Assembly (NCBI RefSeq): GCF_018350175.1
Contig: NC_058368.1
Location: 161,636,001-161,700,000 of the forward strand
From: Felis catus
Taxonomy: Eukaryota
Direction: 5' to 3'
Length of the DNA stretch: 64,000 nt
Below are positions 1 through 12,072 of the stretch, in pieces. A program made the translations under genes and the position numbers. Within the stretch, counting starts at the first letter, position 1. Every line of letters starts with the position of its first letter. Under the pieces are notes generated by a model. That model was not told where the DNA came from, searched no databases, and worked only from the letters and a program-made list of their open reading frames with translations.

Positions 1-1563
1 ATGCTCAGCCAAAGCAATCTTGAAAAAGAAAAACAGCTGGAGTCATTACAATCCCAAACTTCAAGCTATGTTACAAAGTGATAGTCATGAAGACAGTAGA
101 GTATTGGCGCAAAAATAGACATTTGGATCAGTGGAACAGAATAGAAAACCCAGAAATGGACCCACACTACATGATAAATTAATAATCTTCAACAAAGCAA
201 GACACAATATTCAATGGAGAGAAGACAGTCTTTCAGCAAATGGGTTTGGGAAAACTGAACAGCAACATGCAGAAGAATGAAACTGGACCACTTCCTTACA
301 CCCTACTCAAAAATAAATTCAAAATGGGTGGAAGACTGAAATGTGAGACAGGAGACTATCAAAATCCTTGAGGAAAACACAGTCAGCAACCTCTTTGACC
401 TCAGCATTAGCAACTTCTTATTAGACACATCTCTGGAGGCAAGGGAAAGTCAAGCAAAAATGGACGATTGGAATTTCATCAAGATAAAAAGTTCTGTACA
501 GTAAAAGAAACAATCAACAAAAGTAAAAGGCAGCCTACAGAATGGGAGAAGATATTTGTGAATGACATACCTGATAAAGGGTTGCTATCTAAAATCTATA
601 AAGAACTTATCAAACTCAACACCCAAAAAAACAAATAAGCCAGTTAAGTAATGAGCTGAAGACATGAATAGGCATTTTTCCAAAGGAGACGTTCAGATGG
701 TTAACAGACACTCAACATCACTCATCCTCAGGGAAATACAAATCAAAATAATAGTGAGATATCACCTCACACCTTTCAGAATGGCTGAGAGTAACAACAT
801 AGGCAACAACAGATGTTGGCAAAGATGTGGAGATAGAGGCACCCTCTTAACTCTTGGTGGGAACACAAACTGGTGCAGTCACTCTGGAAAACACGATGGA
901 GTTTCCTCAAAAGTTAAAAATGGAACTATCCCACAATCCAGAAATTTCACTACTAGGTATTTACCCAAAGGATACAAAAATACTGATTCAAAGGGGCACA
1001 TGCATCCTGATGTTTATAGCAGCACCCTCAACAGTAGCTAAAGATTGGAAAGAGCCCCAATGTCTATCAACTGATGAATGGATAAAGAAGAGGTGGGATG
1101 CGTATGTGTGTGTGTGGGGGGGGGGGGGGGTGTACACACACCCACACACACAATGGAATATTACTCAGCCATAAGAAGAATGAAGTCTTGCCATTTGCAA
1201 TGACTTGGATGGAAATGTAGTGTATTATGCTAAGTGAAGTAAGTCAGACAGAGAAAGACAGATACCATATGATTTCACTCATATGTGGAATTTAAGGAAC
1301 AAAACATATGAACATAGGGTAGGGGAAAAAGAGAGGGAACCAAACCATAAGGGACTCTTAACTATAGAGAACAAACAGGGTTGATGGAGGAGAAGTGGGT
1401 GAGGGATGAGCTAAATGGGTGATGGGAATTAAGAAGGACACTTGGGGTATTGAGCACTGACTGTTATGTGTAAGTGATGAATCAGTAAATTCTATTCTTG
1501 AAAGCAATATTACACTATATTTTAACTAAGCAGAATTTAAATAAAAATTGAAGAAAAAATAAA
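1..1563 (+). mobile_element. LINE-1 3' part (degenerate ORF2 C-terminus + 3' UTR + A-rich tail), carnivore type
   Basis: ORF2-like fragments ([16 protein letters not shown]..., [10 protein letters not shown]...WKEPQCLSTDEWIKK), L1 3' UTR, AATAAA and A tail at ~1540-1563. A (GT)n/G-run microsatellite lies at ~1100-1150. Confidence 0.93.
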
Positions 1564-1569
1564 CTGAGT

Positions 1570-2420
1570 TTTAAGTGATGAGCAAGACTATGTCAAATTA
1601 AGGGAATGAGGGTTGACATGTAGAAAGAGAATAAATAGTATGTGGAAGTGAAACTGAACTTTTGTCTCTGTTTAGGATTAAATCTCAGAGATTGGTGCAT
1701 GGATTTCTGAGTGAGATGGGGAAGGTACATGGGGCAAAAAAAGGAGGGCTTTGAAACAGAGGTTAAGGAGTCTTGAATTTGTCAGAAGGCTGATGGCTTT
1801 ACAAACAAGGGGTGGATATCATTGGTTTTGTCTCTGAATCAGCTTCTGTGTGCAAATAGAGTAATAGAGGCATGGAGACCAGCACAAACTACTTTTAGTA
1901 GTATTGTAGTATCTCAGAATATTATATCAGCAAAGGGATTGGAAAGAAATCTCTGTATTTAAGAGGTATTTAGCCATTATAAGTAACGATATTTGGTTAT
2001 TTGTAGGAAATAGATGACTACGTTTTGGCCTTAGTAACTAAGTGGATGATGATACCACTTGTTAAGGTGGGAAACTCAGAAGAGTAAAATGGGTAGAAAT
2101 GGGGGGAAATGTTTAGCTTAAGTAGGTTAAACTCACCAATAAGCTGCTTGTCTATCTGAATTTGGAAGCAGGAGACAGTCTGGGTTGAAAGCTCGCTGAA
2201 AGGTGCTAGTGTAAAGGGACCACTGCCACTATGGGAGTGAGGAGGTGCCTGACAAGGGGAGGGTAATGGCAAGAAAAGAGCTGAGGACTGTGGCCTGCCC
2301 ACAGTCAGGGCATCCTGCATGTGGCTGATATTCAGCAAGTCTAAAATTGATTCAGATTTGGAAACAAAAAATGAATATAATCCTCTCATCTCAATGGTCT
2401 TCTCCATGGAGAGGTAGATT
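1570..2420. mobile_element. Probable old L2 fragment
   Basis: Purine-rich, degenerate L2-like text (e.g. ...gatgataccacttgttaaggtgggaaac...). Confidence 0.4.
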
Positions 2421-2432
2421 TCTGCAAATTAC

Positions 2433-5226
2433 ATTTTTTTAAGTTTTTATTTAAATTCAAGTTAGTTAACACACAGTGTAATATTAGTTTCAGGTGTACG
2501 ATATAGTGATTCAACACTATAGTGATTCATCACCCTGTGCTCATCACAAGTGTGTTCCCCACTCCTCCAGTAACCATCGGTGTGTGCTCTATAGTTAAAA
2601 GTCTGTTTCTTGGCTTGCCTCCCTCTTTCCCCCCCCTTTGTTTATTTCATATCTTAAATTACACATATGAGTGAATCATATGGCATTTGTCTTTCTCTGA
2701 CTGACTTATTTTGCTTAGCATAATACTCTCTGGCTCTATCATGCTGTTGCAAATGGCAAGATTTCATTCTTTTTGATGGCTGAGTAATAGTACAATGTAT
2801 ATTTATATTTGAATAAATACCTAGTAGTACAATTGCTAGATTGTAGGGTATTTCTATTTTTAACTTTTTTAGGACTGTCCATACTGTTTTCCAGAGTGGC
2901 TGCACCAGTTTGCATTGCCACCAACAGGACAAGAGGGTTTCCCTTTTTCCACATCCTCACTAACACCTGTTATTTCTTGTGTGCCATTCTGACAGGTGTG
3001 AGGTGATATCTTATAGTAGTTTTGATTTGTATTTCTCTGATGATGAGTGATATGAAGCCTCTTCTCATGTGTCTCTTGGCCATCTGTATGTCTCCTTTGG
3101 AAAAGATGTCTATTCATGTTTTCTGCTCATTTTTTAATTGGATTATTCATTTTTGGGGTGTTAGTTTGGTAAATTCTTTATAGATTTTTTATAGGCCTCA
3201 GTTTCATTTACTTTATTTTTTATATATAATTTATTGTCAAATTGGTTTCCATACAACACCCAGTGCTCACTCCTTTATCAGATATGCCATTTGCAAATAT
3301 CTTCTCCCATTCTTTAGGCTGCTTTTAGTTTTGCTGATTTTTCTCCTTTGCTATACAGAAACTTTTTATCTTAATGAAGTTCCAATAGTTTATTTTTGTC
3401 TCAAGAGACATATATAAAGAAGTTGCTATGGCCAGTATCAAAGAAGTTACTGCCTCTGCTCTCCTCTAGTATTTTTATGGTTTCCTGTCTCATATTTAGG
3501 TCTTCCATCCATTTTGAATTTATTTTTGTGTATGGTGTAAGAAAGTGGTCCAGTTTCATTCTTCTGCATGTTGCTGTCCAGTTTTCCCAGCACCATTTGT
3601 TGAAAAGAGTCTTTTTGGGGGGCGGATATTTTGTCCAGCTTTGTTGAAGATTAATTGAGTGTATAGTAATAGGTTCACTTCTGAGTTTTCTATTCTTTTC
3701 CTTTGATCTATGTGTCAGTTTTTGTTCCAGTATCATATTGTTTTGATCACTACAGCTTTGTAATATAGCTTGAGGTCCAGACTTGTGATTCCTCCAGCTT
3801 TGTTTTTCTTTTTCATGGTTGCTCTCACTATTCAGGGTCTTTTGTGGTTTCAAACAAATTTTAGGATTGTTTGTTATAGTTCTGTGAAAAATGCTGGTGG
3901 TATTTTGATAGAGATGGAGTTAAATCTGTATATTGCTTTGGGTAGTATAAACATTTTAACAATATTTGTTCTTCTAATCTATGAGCATAGAATGTCTTTT
4001 CATTTCTTTGTGTCATCTTTGGTTTCTGTCATCAGTGTTATATAGTTCAGAACATAGGTCTTTCACCTCTTTGGTTAGGTTTATTCATAGGTATCTTATT
4101 GTTTTGGGTGCAATTGTAGATAGAATTGATTCCTTTATTTCTCTTTCTGAAGTTTCATTATTGGTGCATAGAAATACAACAGATTTCTTTATGTTGATTT
4201 TATATCATACAACTCTGCTGAATTCATGTATCTTTTCTGGCATTTTTTTGGTGGAAAATGTAGGGTTTTCTACATACAATATCTTGTCATTTTTGAATGG
4301 TAAAATTTGACTTCTTCCTTGCCAAATTGGATACGTTTTATTTCTTTTTGTTGTCTGAATGCTGTTGCTAGGACTTCTAGTACTATGTTGAATAACTGGC
4401 GAGAGTGGACATCCTTGTATTGTTCTGGATTATAGAGGAAAAGCTCTCAGTTTCCCCATTGAGGATATTAGCTGTGGGTTTTTTATATATGGCCTTTTTT
4501 ATACTGAGGTATGTTCCCTGTAAACCTACTTTGTTGAGGGTTTTTACCATGAATGGATGTTGTACTTTGTCAAATGTTTTTTCTGCATCTATTAAAATTA
4601 TCATATGGTTCTTATCCTTTCTTTTATTAATGTGATGTATTACATTGGTTGATTTGCAAATATTCAACCACCCCTGCAGTCCAGGAATAAATCCCACTTG
4701 ATCATGGTGAATGACTCTTTTAATGTATTTTTGGATCTGGTTTGCCAGTATTTTATTGAGAACTTTTGCATCCATGTTCATCAGGGATACTAGCCTGTAG
4801 TTCTCTTTTAGTACAATCTTTATCTAGTTTGGGAATCAAGGTAATGCTGGCCTCATAGAATGAACTTGTAAGTTTTCCTTCCTTTTCTATTTTTTTTTTT
4901 TTGTAATAATTTGAGAAGAATGAGTGTTAACTCTTCTTTAAATGTTTGGTAGGATACACCTGTGAAGTCATCTAGCCCTGGACTTTGTTTTTTGGGAGTT
5001 TTTTTTTTTTTTTTTTAATTATTGATTCAATCTCTTTGTTGGTTATTGGTCTTTTCAGTTTTTCTATTTCTTCCTATTTCAGTTTTGGTAGTTTATATGT
5101 TTGTAAGAACTTATCTATTTCTTCTATGTTGTCCAGTTTGTTGGCATGTGGTTTTTCATAATATTCTCTTATAATCATTTTTATTTCTGTGGTGTTGGTC
5201 CGTGAAATCACTAACACCACAGAAAT
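2433..5226 (-). mobile_element. 5'-truncated LINE-1 (~2.8 kb, RT region to 3' end) with tiny 5' inversion
   Basis: Minus-strand ORF2 fragments ([17 protein letters not shown]...[14 protein letters not shown]...[44 protein letters not shown]). T-rich tail at ~2433-2455; inverted piece at 5201-5226. Confidence 0.93.
3200..3270 (-). mobile_element. Very short feline L1 3'-end fragment nested in the older L1
   Basis: aatttattgtcaaattggtttccatacaacacccagtgctca matches the 3' end of the young L1 at ~8620-8661 and interrupts the host L1 between tagatttt... and cctttatcagatatg. Confidence 0.75.
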
Positions 5227-5763
5227 TCTAATTAAATTTTTTAAAATTTGATATCAGCTATCAGTTTGACTTGCTATGTCCCTGTTGTGTAAGATTTAGC
5301 CTGTCATGGCCTCACTTCCTGCCATAGCTTTAATAGAAACACTCTGATGCTCTTCCCTGTGGCCTGGACCACAAGATTTTGGCACTGAGTACCACCAAGA
5401 GTGGCCATTTAGAGAAAATCTATCCTCTTAAAAATAATAAGCATCTAATAGACTTGTTATTTAAAGCTTATTAAGAACTTACTGTATAAATGAGTACTGA
5501 GAAAATGTCTTTTGCTTTTTGAGTATGGAAGTCGTGGAACAAGGAAAGTGGAAAGGAAAAAATAGTTCAAAATTCGTGCAAAATAGAGGAACATTATGTG
5601 AAACCAAAATGACAAGGCAGGTAGGCCCCTTAGGCCTGAAACAAAATGTTAATCACTGCCTTTGAGGCTATCCATATTGAAGAGATATTGATACCATGGC
5701 CGTAACAACAAAGATTTATTTAATTGGAATCTAATATCTCACTGCACATTATTTAAAAAAAAA

Positions 5764-5972
5764 TTTTTTTTCAACGTTTATTTTATTTTTGGGACAGAGA
5801 GAGACAGACCATGAACGAGTGAGGGGCAGAGAGAGAGGGAGACACAGAATCTCAAGCATGCTCCAGGTTCTGAGCTGTCAGCACAGAGCCCGACACAGGG
5901 CTTGAACTCATGAACCATGAGATCATGACCTGAACTGAAGTCGGACAATTAACTGAGCCACCCAGGCACTCC
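5764..5972 (-). mobile_element. CanSINE (feline), hybrid subfamily features
   Basis: tRNA-derived head, (GA)n tract and T tail. Confidence 0.9.
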
Positions 5973-6000
5973 ATGTCTTTTAAAATATTAGAAACAAATA

Positions 6001-6232
6001 TTTTTTTATTAAAAAAATTTTTGTTTTACTGTTTATTTATTTTTGAGAGAGAGAGACAGAGACACAGACTGTGAGCAGGGGTAGGGCAGAGAGAGGGAGA
6101 CACAGAATCCTAAGCAGGCTCCAGGCTCTGAGCTGTCAGCACAGAGCCCAACGCAGGAATGAACTCACGAACCATGAGATCATGACCAGAGCAGATGTCA
6201 GAAATTTAACCAACTGAGCCACCCAGGCGCCC
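6001..6232 (-). mobile_element. CanSINE (feline)
   Basis: Full-length antisense copy ending ...gagccacccaggcgccc. Confidence 0.92.
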
Positions 6233-7563
6233 TGAGAAATAAGTTATTTTTTAAATCCTGTGAGTTTTTATAGGTTATCCCAGAGGATGGGTGGCCCATT
6301 GGTTATCCCATCAGAATCACACCATTCCCATATGATTATATCCTATCTGACCTGACTCCTTGCAGCAGAAAGACCTCCTGCAAGAACTAGTCTACCCCCC
6401 AAAGCATCACTGAACAGTGTGCTCAGAGACACTTCCCCATCAAAGGTGGGTTCTCCTTACTGAATCACCTATTCAGGATCTCAGATCCTCAGGTACAATG
6501 AAGTATAGCTTTGAAATGGTAGGTGACATTCTGCTGCTTATGTGTTTTCACACAATGCTGCTCTTGATCATGTTGTCACTTCACATGAAGGGACCCAGGT
6601 GGAGAATAAGTTGACTTTTGCTGTCTTCTCAGAAATGAACAAAAAAGCTCTCTGGGAGAGTTGGATCTTGAATTTTCTATCTCGATTGAGCAATATTTCG
6701 CCTGCCTGCAAACCTACCACACGCTACACGCTTTCCAATTGCCTTTAGACTTGCTAAATGCATTTATAGACTGAGAACGAGCAGTTGGAAAAGTGTGGTA
6801 GATAAAATAAAGTCTTTTTCACACTGCCCCTTTTATTATTGTGTTATAAAAACCCAGGCTCAAAATAGATTGAGGTAGATTTATCTTTTAATGAAAATCA
6901 CCAGGAGGTTGGAAGTCAAATATTCTTATCTTTTTCTCGCGTCTCCGAGGCAGGACTCGTTTGCAGTGCTGACCTCGCAGTACAGCCCTAGAGGGAACTA
7001 CAATGATATTGTGGACTGACTTCCTTCAGAAGGGACTTTTAAAAGAGACAATGAAGCTAGCATGCCTCCTTTTAGACTCCGTTGTCCAGGCTTGTGCATG
7101 TCAGCTTTTCCGAGAACAAAGGGCAGAAAAGTTCAGGAGCAATTGTCTCCGGCAGAAAGAAGCAAGTTCTCAGGACATTGTCAGGCAGCTGGCCTCAGCC
7201 GCTCTGGAGGCCTTCTGCTGCACTTATAGGCTTCAATGCCCACCTGAACTGCAGGTTGGAGGCTGGGCAGGTCCATCCCACTGGGTCCTTTCACACATTC
7301 CCGCTGCGGGGTCGCCTCACAGGGCAGCTGCCTAGTTAACTGCCCAGACCCTTTACCACACGGCGATGCACCTGCTGGTTCCTGCTGCCCTTGCGGCTTC
7401 CTGACTCCTGAATGGGACTCTCAGAAATCTGTCTAGTGTGAGAGTGATTTCACCACTTTTTTTTGTCATAGTTTTTCAACTTGCATAAGCCAGTGGGGAG
7501 ATAATTCTGTGCTTCTTTGTGTTTTCGCTGTCTTCTTGCATGGATTTCAAAGTTCACAACAGA

Positions 7564-7703
7564 GAAGAGAGAGGTTGGGTGTTGGTGTTGGGAGAAATGA
7601 AAGCAGAGGAAATCAGGAAAAGTAGGCAAGGGAAGAGAAGAGGTTGGGTGTTGGGAATGGGAGAAATGAAAGCAGAGGCAATAAGAAAAAGTAGGCAAGG
7701 GAA
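7564..7703 (+). repeat. Tandem duplication, 2 x ~68 bp
   Basis: gaagaga(a)gaggttgggtgttgg....gggagaaatgaaagcagagg.aat.ag.aaaagtaggcaagg occurs twice with several mismatches. Confidence 0.9.
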
Positions 7704-8350
7704 TGGCATTTAAAGGAGATTGTTATCAGTCAGCATTTCAACAAATATCTGTGGAAAAATCACTCTGGGGGAATATAGTAATGAGAATTTAATGTCAAAT
7801 GATTGTAATTTTATGCCTAAATACACTCAACATGACAAAGAATTCTCTTAATCTTAATTAGGAATAGGTGGGAGCATTTTAATTTTTTCCACAAACTGCA
7901 TAGCTCCTGGAACTAATTGCTTCCAAGAGCAATAGATAATAGAAAAACACGATTGCATCGTATGTTCTGAAGAACATAAATAGCATCCCACTGATTTCTT
8001 AACTCCCTGAACCGGAGAAGCATCTCAGTCTAGCTGGTAGTAATTAAAATTCCATATATCTATCTATCTAAATGGAAGGTTTTACATTTTATGTAATTAC
8101 TGCACAATCACCTTACTATGAATGAATCCCATGTGCAAATGGCAAAACGAAGTTGAAGAACTGATTTGGTTAAGTACTTTTATATCTATTACTCCTGAAT
8201 AAAAGTCTCAATGAAATTGTATACTGCTTAACATTTTAAGGAATTTTGTACTTTGATGAAACAAATATGTTTTCTATATAGATATGCTTGTCTGACACTT
8301 GTGTATTTATAATAAAATCTACTCCTACCCTACTCGTGTCTTCCTTTTTT

Positions 8351-8544
8351 GTTTTATTACTTAATGTTTATTTGTTTTTGAGAGAGAGAAGGGGTAGGGG
8401 CAGAGAGGGAGACACAGAATCCAAAGCAGCCTCCAGGCTCTGAGCTGTCAGCACAGAGCCCAATGTGGGGCTCGAACCCACAAACTGCAAACAATGACCT
8501 GAGCAGAAGTCGAACACCTAACCAACTGAGCCACCCAAGCACCC
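8351..8544 (-). mobile_element. CanSINE (feline)
   Basis: Antisense copy; TSD gt(g/a)tcttcctt. Confidence 0.92.
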
Positions 8545-8554
8545 TGTATCTTCC

Positions 8555-8556
<2 letters not shown>

Positions 8557-8593
<37 letters not shown>

Positions 8594-10515
8594 TTTTATT
8601 ATTATTTTTTTTAATGTGAAATTTATTGACAAATTGGTTTCCATACAACACCCAGTGCTCATCCCAAAAGGTGCCCTCCTCAATACCCATCACCCACCGA
8701 CCCCACCCCCCACCCCTCATCAACCCTCAGTTTGTTCTCAGTTTTTAAGAGTCTCTTATGCTTTGGCTCTCTCCCTCTCTAACCTCTTTTTTTTTCTTCC
8801 CCTCCCCCATAGACTTCTGTTAAGTTTCTTAAGATCCACATAAGAGTGAAAACATATGGTATCTGTCTTTCTCGGTATGGCTTATTTCACTTAACACTCT
8901 CCAGTTCCATCCACGTTGCTACAAAGGGCCATATTTCATTCTTTCTCATTGCCACGTAGTATTCCATTGTGTATATAAACCACAATTTCTTTATCCATTC
9001 ATCACTTGATGGACATTTAGGCTCTTTCCATAATTTGGCTATTGTTGAGAGTGCTGCTATAAACATTGGGGTACACGTGCCCCTATGCATCAGCACTCTT
9101 GTATCCCTTGGGTAAATTCCTAGCAGTGCTATTGCTGGGTCATATGGTAGGTCTATTTTTAATTTTTTGAGGAAACTCCACACTGTTTTCCAGAGTGGCT
9201 GCACCACTTTGCATTCCCACCAACAGTGCAAGAGGGTTCCCGTTTCTCCACGTCCTCTCCAGCATCTATAGTCTCCTGATTTGTTCATTTTGGCCACTCT
9301 GACTGGCATGAGGTGATATCTGAGTGTGGTTTTGATTTGTATTTCCCTGATGAGGAGCGACGCTGAACATCTTTTCATGTGCCTGTTGGCCATCTGGATG
9401 TCTTCTTTAGAGAAATGTCTATTCATGTCTTCTGCCCATTTCTTCACTGGGTTATTTGTTTTTCTGGTGTGTAGTTTGGTGAGCTCTTTATAGATTTTGG
9501 ATACTAGCCCTTTGTCCGATATGTCATTTGCAAATATCTTTTCCCATTCCGTTGGTTGCCTTTTAGTTTTGTTGATTGTTTCCTTTGCTGTGCAGAAGCT
9601 TTTTATCTTCATGAAGTCCCAATAGTTCATTTTTGCTTTTAATTCCCTTGCCCTTGGGGATGTGTCAAGTAAGAAATTGCTGCAGCTGAGGTCAGAGAGG
9701 TTTTTTCCACCAAAAGTCTGCTAGAACTGATACATGAATTCAGCAAAGTCGCAGGATACAAAATCAATGTACAGAAATCAGTTGCATTCTTATACACTAG
9801 TAAAGAAGCAACAGAAAGACAAATAAAGAAACTGATCCCATTCACAACTGCACCAAGAAGCATAAAGTTGAATAAACCTAACCAAAGATGTAAAAGATCT
9901 GTATGCTGAAAACTATAGAAAGCTTATGAAGGAAATCGAAGAAGATATAAAGAAATGGAAAAACATTCCATGCTCATGGATTAGAAGAATAAATATTGTT
10001 AAAATATCAATACTATCCCAAGCTATCTGCACATTCAAAGCAATCCCAATCAAAATTGCACCAGCATTCTTCTTGAAGCTAGAACAAGATATCCTAAAAT
10101 TTGTATGGAACCACAAAAGACCCCGAATAGCCAAAGCAATATTGAAGAAGAAGACCAAAGTGGGAGGCATCATAATCCCAGATTTTAGCCCTTACTACAA
10201 AGCTGTAGTTATCAAGACAACATGGTATTGGCACAAAAACAGACACATAGACCAATGGAATAGAATAGAAACCCCAGAACTAGACCCACAAACGTATGGC
10301 CAACTCATCTTTGACAAAGCAGGAAAGAACATCCAATGGAAAAAAGACAGTCTCTTTAACAAATGGTGCTGGGAGAACTGGACAGCAACATGCAGAAGAA
10401 TGAAACTAGACCACTTTCTTATACCATTCACAAAAACAAACTCAAAATGGATAAAGGACCTGAATGTGAGACAGGAAACCATCAAAACCCTATAGGAGAA
10501 AGCAGGAAAAAACCT
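8557..10515 (-). mobile_element. Young feline LINE-1, 5'-truncated and 5'-inverted (twin priming)
   Basis: 8557-9708 is minus strand, with a (TTTA)n tail, 3' UTR and an open 247-aa ORF2 C-terminal frame including the CCHC knuckle. 9706-10515 is the upstream ORF2 segment on the plus strand (189-aa [21 protein letters not shown]...). Flanked by a tcttcctt-containing TSD. Confidence 0.96.
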
Positions 10516-11628
10516 GTCTTCCTTTTTTAATGAGCCACAGAACTACTTGACATCCAGTTAGGGAAACAAACTGTTTAGCCTTGCTAAACAAACTTGATTA
10601 AGTTTAAACTCCTCTACTCATCTGAAATTGGCAGACCCTCCCTCAAAACGTACTGGAGCCTCCCTGAAACCACGCATTGTGTGAAGAAAGGAGGTTTCTT
10701 GGGGTAAAAACTGAAAAAGAAATGTTTCATTTCTTCCTCTTACTTTAGTTTTCCCTAAGATACACTAACTTTATTCATTTGTGCCATGACAATTATGTTC
10801 ATAACTGGATCTGGTTGAAAAAGTTTACTTTAACCATATTAGTTGAAAATATATGAAGATCTTTTCCTAGTGAAACTTATAATCCAGAATAACAAAATTA
10901 AAATTAGAAAAGAAACATAACCAAAAGCATTCATGTGGGCACAGGTTTTTACATATGTGTAAATTGATGGGAAGTGCAGCACACTGTCCCCCAGTCTGAG
11001 AAGCATACCTATGTTCTTTCTTTAGTAGGAGTCCTATTTAAAAAAAAGTTAGAAGACTCCTATGTTTTAGATACACTTTAGAAGTGCATATCTGACATTA
11101 TGAATGAAGATGAAATAGGTACTGCTATGGTAAACAAACTTTATTTTGTCTTATTTGCATAGCAAAATTGTGTAACCAAAATGAGAAAGTCCCTATCTAC
11201 TGTTTGTTGTTGTTTTGTTTGATAAGGTGACCTATGATAAATCAAAGTTACCAGTGGTACCATGAGATTGTTGAAAAATGTTTGACAGAGAGGAGGCACT
11301 TTACAACCTTATATTAAAAGAGTGAACAAGTGAATGAATGATAACTTGGATTTATCATTATCATTATGGCATAATAAACTTAGGACAGTGTGAAAGGTGA
11401 GCTCAATATTTTAAAATTTGCAGCTTTCGATACTTTTTAAAAATGAGCATCCAATGTTATACTGAATTCCTATATATAAAGTTATGAATTTTAGTCATAA
11501 ATAATGAGTTTGTTGAATTAGACATAGGATATTTTCCCACTTCAGTCTCTTTTTTGGCAATCAAAATTATGGACCTGAGTGTCCATGGTAACTCTAAATC
11601 TTCAAATATTTTAAAATGTTTCTTCCCC

Positions 11629-11830
11629 AGGGCACCTAAGTGGTTCAGTCAGTTAAGCATATAAGCATAGCTCAGGTTATGATCTCATGGCTCTTGTGAG
11701 TTTGAGCCCCACATCAGGCTCTTTGCTGTCAGCACAGAACCTGCTTCAGATCCTCTGTCCCCCTCTCTGTCTGTCCCTCTCCTGCTCACGTGAGTGCATA
11801 CTCTCTCTCTTTCAAAAATAAATAAACATT
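11629..11830 (+). mobile_element. Older CanSINE
   Basis: gggcacctaagtggttcagtcagttaagc...(ct)n aaaaataaataaacatt. Confidence 0.88.
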
Positions 11831-12072
11831 GGGGCGCCTGGGTGGCGCAGTCGGTTAAGCGTCCGACTTCAGCCAGGTCACGATCTCGCGGTCTGGGAGT
11901 TCGAGCCCCGCGTCAGGCTCTGGGCTGATGGCTCAGAGCCTGGAGCCTGTTTCCGATTCTGTGTCTCCCTCTCTCTCTGCCCCTCCCCCGTTCATGCTCT
12001 GTCTCTCTCTGTCCCAAAAATAAATAAACGTTGAAAAAAAAAATTAAAAAAAAAAATAATAAATAAATAAAT
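11831..12072 (+). mobile_element. Young feline CanSINE inserted in the tail of the previous SINE
   Basis: CpG-intact ggggcgcctgggtggcgcagtcggttaagcgtccgac...; TSD aaataaataaacatt. Confidence 0.95.

Noticed and set aside
7003..7339. 110-aa and 85-aa ORFs in the GC-richer island
   Set aside because: No recognisable homology or splice structure; ORFs of this size are expected in GC-richer DNA.
8887..10495. Longest ORFs (247 aa and 189 aa) as host genes or an active L1
   Set aside because: They are ORF2 fragments of a truncated, inverted L1 with no promoter, ORF1 or endonuclease.
10572..10590. Short perfect inverted repeat tgtttagc-ctt-gctaaaca (similar 8-9 bp stems at ~11026-11062, 15331-15355, 54745-54781)
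   Set aside because: Stems are too short for pre-miRNA and are expected by chance in 64 kb of AT-rich DNA.
11831..11910. tRNA gene-like A/B boxes
   Set aside because: This is the tRNA-derived head of a CanSINE, not a tRNA gene; the same applies to the other SINE copies.
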